Assembly (NCBI GenBank): GCA_028286615.1
Contig: JAQBRG010000002.1
Location: forward strand, 31,235-95,234
Length of the DNA stretch: 64,000 nucleotides
Direction of reading: 5' to 3'
Origin: Parcubacteria group bacterium
Lineage (GTDB): Bacteria; Patescibacteriota; Minisyncoccia; Phycocordibacterales; Phycocordibacteraceae
The translations under genes were made by a program, and so were the position numbers. This document shows, piece after piece, positions 58,525 through 64,000 of this stretch; position 1 is the first letter of the stretch; each line of letters opens with the position of its first letter. Under the pieces are notes generated by a model. The model searched no databases. It was not told the origin of the DNA and saw nothing but the letters and a program-made list of their open reading frames with translations.

Positions 58525-59775
58525 ATGGCCATACCACAGACATCAACTTGGGTCTCAGATACAAAGCTGCCACAGTTCCCGAAACTCAAAGAAGATATTA
58601 GTACCGAAGTTCTCGTTATTGGAGGAGGTCTCGCCGGACTCTTAAGTGCGTATCTGCTCGCTAAGGCGAAGAAGGAGGTTGTTGTTATAGAGAAAGGCAG
58701 ACTCTCACAGATGGGTACTGGATACACTACCGGCTTCTTGTCGCAGATAGTTGATACTGATTACAGCGATCTTATAGACATGTTCGGAAAGAAAGGAGCA
58801 AAAGATGTTTGGAATTCTCATGGAAAGGCAATTGACCTAATCGAACGTATTGTTGAGGACGAAGAAATAGACTGCGAATTTAATCGCTGCAACAATTATA
58901 TCTACGCAAACTCCAGGAGCGAGTGGAGAGATCTTAAGACTGAATACGAAGCCATGAGGACTCTTGGCTTTTCTGTTACAGACACGCCAACTGATCTCGG
59001 CTTTAGCAATAAGGGTGTTATAACCGTTGAGAATCAAGGCAAATATCACGCCGTTAAGTTCGTGGCCGGCCTCGTACAGGCTCTAGAACGTATGGGTGTA
59101 CAAATCTTCGAACTAACGGAAGCCAAAGAGCACAGCAAGGGCAAGGGGTTAGCTAAGGTTTCAGCCGGGAAGTACACCATAGCGGCAGACTGGACCATAA
59201 CCGCAACCTACCAGCCGTTTGATAACCCCAAGGAAGTGTTCCTAAAGAAAGGAATGTATAAGTCCTACATCATTGAGCTTGAGGCACCCAAAGGGTCGTA
59301 TCCAGAGGGTACGTACGAGGATGCAGACAATCCATACCAATATTTCCGAGTAGATCGTATGCATGAGCATGACCGTATTATTCTTGGTGGCATGGATCAT
59401 CGTGCGGAGCTTAAATTTTCAGAGGAGCGTATCTTCTCAGAGCTTGAGAACTATGCAGAGGAGCTGTTTGGAGAGAGATACAAGCTTGTACGAGAATGGT
59501 CTGGATATATTTTGGAACCACTTGATGGGCTTGCTTACATCGGCCAAGTTGCGCCGCGCCGCCTTCTTGCAACAGCGTTCTCAGGTAACGGCATGACGTA
59601 TAGCGCCATTAGCGCCATGATATTTAGGGACATAATTGGAGGCAAGAAGAACCCGTATGCTGGTCTTTATGAACCAAGCCGTGTTCCAAACATGACGCAG
59701 CTTTGGAAGAAGGGCAGGGACTACACCGAGGAACTCTTTAGAGGTGTGGCAAAGATTGCGACGAAAGGATCTTAA
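58525..59775 (+). CDS. FAD-dependent oxidoreductase (DAO family)
   Basis: VIGGGLAG, TGYTTG, DGLAYIG, FSGNGMT. Confidence 0.88.
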   Translation: MAIPQTSTWVSDTKLPQFPKLKEDISTEVLVIGGGLAGLLSAYLLAKAKKEVVVIEKGRLSQMGTGYTTGFLSQIVDTDYSDLIDMFGKKGAKDVWNSHGKAIDLIERIVEDEEIDCEFNRCNNYIYANSRSEWRDLKTEYEAMRTLGFSVTDTPTDLGFSNKGVITVENQGKYHAVKFVAGLVQALERMGVQIFELTEAKEHSKGKGLAKVSAGKYTIAADWTITATYQPFDNPKEVFLKKGMYKSYIIELEAPKGSYPEGTYEDADNPYQYFRVDRMHEHDRIILGGMDHRAELKFSEERIFSELENYAEELFGERYKLVREWSGYILEPLDGLAYIGQVAPRRLLATAFSGNGMTYSAISAMIFRDIIGGKKNPYAGLYEPSRVPNMTQLWKKGRDYTEELFRGVAKIATKGS

Positions 59776-60056
59776 TCGTCCGCGATTTCAGGAGGCGCCA
59801 GACGATCCATAAGAGCCATGTAGAAAGGAGCGCGTTCGCTAATATCGTTAGCGTCGTTAATGAGCGTGATTACATCTCTCGGGTTGAAATGGCCTACTTG
59901 TTTCCTGGCTTCTTCAAGGTCTGCAGGATCTATGTCTGCCCCTGAGATAACTGAGCGAATCTCAGCGAGCTTTTCAGGCAGGGCAGTAACTTTCTCAGGC
60001 TTTGGCCCAATCTCAGCGTTTGGTAAATAGTGCACGTTATTAGGTCCTTCATTCAT
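59772..60056 (-). CDS. Hypothetical protein
   Basis: 94-aa ORF filling the space between convergent genes. Confidence 0.6.
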   Translation of the reverse strand: MNEGPNNVHYLPNAEIGPKPEKVTALPEKLAEIRSVISGADIDPADLEEARKQVGHFNPRDVITLINDANDISERAPFYMALMDRLAPPEIADD

Positions 60057-60081
60057 ATACCGTATTCTATCAATTCCAGCG

Positions 60082-60966
60082 TTAGTCGAAAAGAGACACT
60101 AAATACGTATCAATCTCTCTTTGGTCTAAATCGTAAAAGTATTTGTTCTCGTCATGGAGCTTCTCAGCTAAGTCTGTACCAACAAAGCGCCAATGCCATG
60201 GCTCGTATTGGTAGTACGCATTGCCTTTAGGGTACGAGAGTATAAACCCGTAACGCCAGGCGTTCTCCGTAAGCCATTTATAACCAGGAGACGTGTCGAA
60301 ATTAATGGCGAGCCCTGCTATAGCTGGCGTGGTGAGGTCAAGCGTAGTGCCCAGCTGGTGTTCTGAGTACCCCTGTTCGGCTGAGAAGCGGTTTGCTCCA
60401 ACGCCGTACGTAAGACGATAGCTTGCTTTAAGCTCGGCCTGCGTACCAAAGGAACGATAGGCAGAAACAACCTTGAGCGTCGCGGTGTCTTTTTCTGCAG
60501 CCTTTAGCATTCTCTCTAGATAGGGAAGTGCGTCTCCATGGAATTCAAGTTCGCGGCCTTCCTCAAGCACATATTCGGAATCAATCGTTCCTAGCTTTGA
60601 AGGAATGTAGTTCTCGTTGAGGAAGTACACTTTTGAATACTTTTCTAAGAGCTGCTTGTCCGTATTGGCTAGCTTGTCTAACGTCTCAACTTTGTCAGCG
60701 AGCGAGGCAAGCTGCTGAACGGAAGAGCGGTTCTCTTCTTTTGCGGAATCAAGATCTTTTGAGAGACCCTCTTTCTCTCTAGCTTCTTCAGCAAGTGTCT
60801 CCTGTGCTTTTATATATGCTGCAGTTGTCGAAGCTAGTTCAGTTTGTGTTGCACCTAGTTCCTGTTTGGTTCGTTCGTGCCCGCTATAGCTCCAGAAGGA
60901 GAAGCCCCCGAGTCCTATAACAAGAAGCCCGAGCACTCCGCTAATAGCTAGTACAGGAGGCGTCAT
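60082..60966 (-). CDS. M15 (VanY-like) D,D-carboxypeptidase with TM anchor and coiled-coil stalk
   Basis: SAYRS..Q, GYSEHQLG..LD, YEPWHWRFVG. Confidence 0.92.
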   Translation of the reverse strand: MTPPVLAISGVLGLLVIGLGGFSFWSYSGHERTKQELGATQTELASTTAAYIKAQETLAEEAREKEGLSKDLDSAKEENRSSVQQLASLADKVETLDKLANTDKQLLEKYSKVYFLNENYIPSKLGTIDSEYVLEEGRELEFHGDALPYLERMLKAAEKDTATLKVVSAYRSFGTQAELKASYRLTYGVGANRFSAEQGYSEHQLGTTLDLTTPAIAGLAINFDTSPGYKWLTENAWRYGFILSYPKGNAYYQYEPWHWRFVGTDLAEKLHDENKYFYDLDQREIDTYLVSLFD

Positions 60967-61026
60967 GCGGGGAGTGTAGCATATGCGTGCACTAGTGGCG
61001 CGCGTAAGGTACTATCGATATTCTAT

Positions 61027-61440
61027 ATGGCCAAAAGCAAATTCATTCCCGGAGATTTCAAATTAAATGTAAAGCGTTCAAGTGCAGGCCTCGGGCTTTT
61101 TGCTGGCGAACCTATTCCAAAAGGCGTTTGCGTCATTGAGTACGTAGGGCGGGTTGTCTCAAAGGAAGAGTCCGAGACAAGCAAGAGCAAATACTTATTT
61201 GAAATCAGCAAGAACAAGACTCTAGACGGAAAGCCAAAAATTAACAAAGCGGGGTACATTAACCATTCCTGCAAACCTAACTGTGAGGCAGAGATTAACA
61301 AAGCTCGAGTATTCATTCTTACGACGCGAGCCATTAAAGAAGGAGAAGAGCTGAACTACGATTACGGAAAAGAGTATTTCGATGAGCATATAAAGCCCTT
61401 TGGCTGCAGATGCGCAAAGTGTAAGCCGGTAAAGGGATAG
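61027..61440 (+). CDS. SET-domain lysine methyltransferase
   Basis: GLGLFA, IEYVG, YINHSCKPN, EELNYDYG, post-SET CRC..C. Confidence 0.93.
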   Translation: MAKSKFIPGDFKLNVKRSSAGLGLFAGEPIPKGVCVIEYVGRVVSKEESETSKSKYLFEISKNKTLDGKPKINKAGYINHSCKPNCEAEINKARVFILTTRAIKEGEELNYDYGKEYFDEHIKPFGCRCAKCKPVKG

Positions 61441-61442
61441 AA

Positions 61443-61466
61443 AAAAGCGCCCCGAGGGGCGCTTTT
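61443..61466. terminator. Bidirectional terminator
   Basis: aaaagcgccc-cgag-gggcgctttt. Confidence 0.75.
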
Positions 61467-61468
61467 CC

Positions 61469-61669
61469 TTAAATGCGGCTGACCTTGATTGCATTAAGTC
61501 CCTTAGGGCCTTCTGCAGTCTCAAATGACACTTTGTCACCTGTTTGAAGATCGTCGAATTTGACGTTCACAAGCTCGTTAGAGTGGAAAAAGAGGTCTTT
61601 GTCCATTCCGTCGCGCTTGATGAATCCGAATCCCTTGTCGGTAAGACCGGCAATTGTTCCTTCCATCAT
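61469..61669 (-). CDS. Cold-shock protein
   Basis: KGFGFI, DLFFHS, GDKVSF, GPKG. Confidence 0.93.
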   Translation of the reverse strand: MMEGTIAGLTDKGFGFIKRDGMDKDLFFHSNELVNVKFDDLQTGDKVSFETAEGPKGLNAIKVSRI

Positions 61670-61799
61670 ATTGTGAGTAAGATCGATGCACCTGATAACT
61701 ATCAAGTGCAGGAGGCTGAAGAGGGAAACTCGACTCGTCTTCTTTACTCAGCACTGCGTTTGACCTAGTCAATTTACAATACTTTGTTTTCGGTGTCAA
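61670..61799 (-). promoter_or_regulatory. csp promoter and ~95-nt structured 5' UTR
   Basis: TTGACA-17-TAAATT; closing stem tgagtaa/ttactca; hairpin tgcacttgata/tatcaggtgca. Confidence 0.65.
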
Positions 61800-61847
61800 A
61801 CATCCTGCTCTTCATTATTCAGTATCTGGTATGATAAGAGATATCCT

Positions 61848-62438
61848 ATGGGCAAGAAACATCTGATCCAGCACGTTCATATGGAGAATAGAGGTTTTAC
61901 CCTTATTGAACTTATGGTTGTTATAGCCATAATCGGTCTCCTTAGTACCATACTATTCTCTTCGTTTACGCTCGCTCAGGTAAAGGCACGAGATGCTGGA
62001 CGCCTCCAGACCATGCATTCAATGCAGCAGGCTCTCGAACTATTTTATTCCAAATACAACGCGTATCCTTGCGGTGCTCTGCCAGCACCTTCTCCCGGGA
62101 TCACCGTTGCTACTGATGGGGATTGGCTGCATACAGGCACACAACCTGACACCTTCCTTGATGGATATCCAACAACATGGGCCCAGCCTTGTGGAGGCGC
62201 GTACCCGTGGCACGGGATTGTCGCTGAAGCCCTGCTTCCTGCCGTAAAAGATGGAAATGGAAGTTACTACGCATATGACGTATCGGTAGATCGACAGAAG
62301 TACATTCTCTATGTAAATCTTCAGGATCCTGTTAATGCTACAAGGATGGCAAACGATGGGGGACTCAGAAGTTGTTATTACGAGATAGGAAATGGAGTTG
62401 GAACGATGACGCCGCAGTGGCTCTGTCCTTCTCCGTAG
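61848..62438 (+). CDS. Type IV pilin / PulG-like protein
   Basis: RG/FTLIELMVVIAII, KARDA.R, ALELF...YP. Confidence 0.9.
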   Translation: MGKKHLIQHVHMENRGFTLIELMVVIAIIGLLSTILFSSFTLAQVKARDAGRLQTMHSMQQALELFYSKYNAYPCGALPAPSPGITVATDGDWLHTGTQPDTFLDGYPTTWAQPCGGAYPWHGIVAEALLPAVKDGNGSYYAYDVSVDRQKYILYVNLQDPVNATRMANDGGLRSCYYEIGNGVGTMTPQWLCPSP

Positions 62439-62453
62439 TGGCTATAAGGCGCT

Positions 62454-62493
62454 ATAAACAGAAACTGCCCTCATAAGGGCAGTTTCTGTTTAT
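62454..62493. terminator. Bidirectional terminator (perfect 18-bp inverted repeat)
   Basis: ataaacagaaactgccct-cata-agggcagtttctgtttat. Confidence 0.85.
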
Positions 62494-62594
62494 CGTGCTT
62501 TCTTCGCTGCTGCTTTAATCGCGAGGCGCTTGGCGGTCTTGTGCGGATGCTTGCGTACCTTCTTCGGGCTAACCCCGTGGCTGTTCTTTCCCAT
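62490..62594 (-). CDS. 34-aa highly basic small protein
   Basis: MGKNSHGVSPKKVRKHPHKTAKRLAIKAAAKKAR*; stop lies in the terminator arm; below the ORF-track cutoff. Confidence 0.6.
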   Translation of the reverse strand: MGKNSHGVSPKKVRKHPHKTAKRLAIKAAAKKAR

Positions 62595-62658
62595 ATAAAT
62601 GTATCTATGTGTTAGTGGTTGCGTACACCATACTACGGAGTGCCATAAAATGCTCGTG

Positions 62659-63507
62659 CTAGTGGAGGGTAGCTCCTCCTCGCTTCAAGGTCTCAATCTT
62701 TCGCTTTATATCAGCCACGGTCTTTTGGAGGTCTTCAACCTTTTGCTCGCTGTCTCGTTTGCGGCGGGTAGCGTCTTCTCCTTCACGTTCTGCACCGGTA
62801 ACTTTCTGCTGTTCTTGCTCCAGTTTTCGTTTCTCTTCAGCAAGAGCACGAGTCTCAAGAGCAAGTTCGCTCTCAAAGTCCTTTTCCTCCTGCTCGTTTC
62901 GGCTAATAGCTGTTTTGAGGTTCGCAATCTCCCGTTCCTTTGTGATGTCTGTGCCGGTGCTGCTTCGCGCTTCTTGCTTGCTCTCACGTATCTTGCCCTC
63001 AAGGGTTGCGATGTCGCGAGATAGGGCTCGCAGCGCTTCTTGTTTCTGTGCCAATTCGCTTTCAAGTTTCGTGTGCTCGCTTCTTGTCTGTTCTCCTTTC
63101 AGGCTTAGGGATTTATGAGATTCTTGCAGTTGGCGTGTTGAACTAGCTAAGTCTTCTGTAAGCGTTCGGTGCTCGTCACGTGCTTTTCGTAGGTTTGACT
63201 CAAGTTCTCGTACTGAGCGTTCTTTTTCTTCAACGGTATGCTCTGGTTGTGAGGACGCTCTGTACGTAACTTGCTTGGATAGGCGAAGACGGTTCTCAGC
63301 AGCATCCTTTTCTCGCATCTGTATGGCAAGAGCGCTTTCAGCTCGCCTGAGATCTCCTTCGAGCTTTGCTACATCTATAGCAACGGTACGTGCATGCTGG
63401 CGTTCCTTGTCTTTCTTCTGTGCCTCTACTCGAGCTTCTAGCTTCGCGGCATCTCGAGCAGCATCCTTTTTCAACTGCTCCTGGTCTTTGCCGTAGGGGT
63501 CAATCAT
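62659..63507 (-). CDS. Long coiled-coil protein
   Basis: Heptad-rich E/K/R/Q/L sequence; start MIDPYG 6 nt after TACACT. Confidence 0.75.
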   Translation of the reverse strand: MIDPYGKDQEQLKKDAARDAAKLEARVEAQKKDKERQHARTVAIDVAKLEGDLRRAESALAIQMREKDAAENRLRLSKQVTYRASSQPEHTVEEKERSVRELESNLRKARDEHRTLTEDLASSTRQLQESHKSLSLKGEQTRSEHTKLESELAQKQEALRALSRDIATLEGKIRESKQEARSSTGTDITKEREIANLKTAISRNEQEEKDFESELALETRALAEEKRKLEQEQQKVTGAEREGEDATRRKRDSEQKVEDLQKTVADIKRKIETLKRGGATLH

Positions 63508-63557
63508 AGGGGAAGTGTAGTACGGAATAGAGGCTGTACCAATAGCGACTTGTATCA

Positions 63558-63591
63558 AACAAAAGAGCCTCCCTGTGGAGGCTCTTTTGTT
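63558..63591 (-). terminator. Intrinsic terminator
   Basis: aacaaaagagcctcc-ctgt-ggaggctcttttgtt. Confidence 0.75.
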
Positions 63592-63597
63592 CCTAGC

Positions 63598-63837
63598 TTA
63601 TTGCGCTGCAGATCGCAGGTGCATTGGAAGCCAGTCCATAAGCTTCTTGCGATGCTGGTCGAGAGACCAAGTATCGCTAATCTTAAATAGCTCAGGGTAC
63701 TTCTTGCTGAATTCTTTCAGGATAGGGAGGGAGGCGTGCGGGAACTCTGCTGGGAGTTCAGCATTATAAAACTTCAGAAACTCAGCAATAGAGAGCTTCT
63801 TCTCGCTTCGCTCACGATCCACGTCTACTCCTTTCAT
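63598..63837 (-). CDS. Small hypothetical protein
   Basis: 79-aa ORF, ATG 6 nt after TATTAT, followed by a terminator. Confidence 0.7.
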   Translation of the reverse strand: MKGVDVDRERSEKKLSIAEFLKFYNAELPAEFPHASLPILKEFSKKYPELFKISDTWSLDQHRKKLMDWLPMHLRSAAQ

Positions 63838-63932
63838 GGGTTGATAATACCATGATATCTCTTCTTAATCAAGACATGGGGTGGGTTGGGGCGTTTTTGT
63901 ATACAAAAAGTCGCAGGTAGAGGGTTGTAACC

Positions 63933-64000
63933 TCATGCCTGCGACCTTGCTTGTTTCTCGGCGTTCCTTAACGCGAGTACAGCGGCTTCAACGTAGCGAA
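63933..64000 (-). CDS. 3' end of a gene starting outside the window
   Basis: Open frame RYVEAAVLALRNAEKQARSQA*; stop lies within a terminator-like hairpin (63910-63945). Confidence 0.4.
   Translation of the reverse strand, partial: RYVEAAVLALRNAEKQARSQA

Noticed and set aside
1-64000. tRNA, rRNA, tmRNA, RNase P or SRP genes; reverse transcriptase systems
   Set aside because: No recognisable signatures in the intergenic regions and no RT motif in the ORFs; a cmscan/tRNAscan run is needed to exclude divergent copies

Overview
Gene-dense chromosomal segment of a reduced-genome bacterium, most likely Patescibacteria/CPR (Parcubacteria-like). That is an inference from the compact rpoB, rpsP-khpA-trmD without rimM, the stand-alone UvrD-nuclease fusion, multiple type IV pilins and orphan membrane proteins; TGA is used as a stop. 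Housekeeping core: rnr (partial), rpsP, khpA, trmD, rpoB, rpoC, dnaG, rpoD, hisS, prmC. Accessory blocks: an AT-rich defence island (18.0-25.0 kb: Gabija-like OLD nuclease plus helicase, a DUF3800-like protein, an orphan, a DNA methyltransferase and a restriction-type nuclease), a GH130/PMM/PMI mannoside cluster, a pilB-pilC-pilin cluster and a RelE/RHH plus orphan PemK toxin block. No tRNA, rRNA, CRISPR array or transposase was seen. The best candidate for an undescribed system is an AT-rich DUF3800 (RNase H-like) gene at 41553-42272 facing a ~190-nt non-coding RNA with its own predicted promoter. That RNA carries two 42-nt hairpin copies with three compensatory base-pair changes and overlaps the last codons of the gene. 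A weaker version of this nuclease-plus-convergent-RNA layout follows the orphan pemK. Also found: a switch-like rpoB leader, pervasive leaderless genes, an unannotated 34-aa basic protein and other candidate small RNAs. All family assignments come from motif recognition by eye, not database searches.
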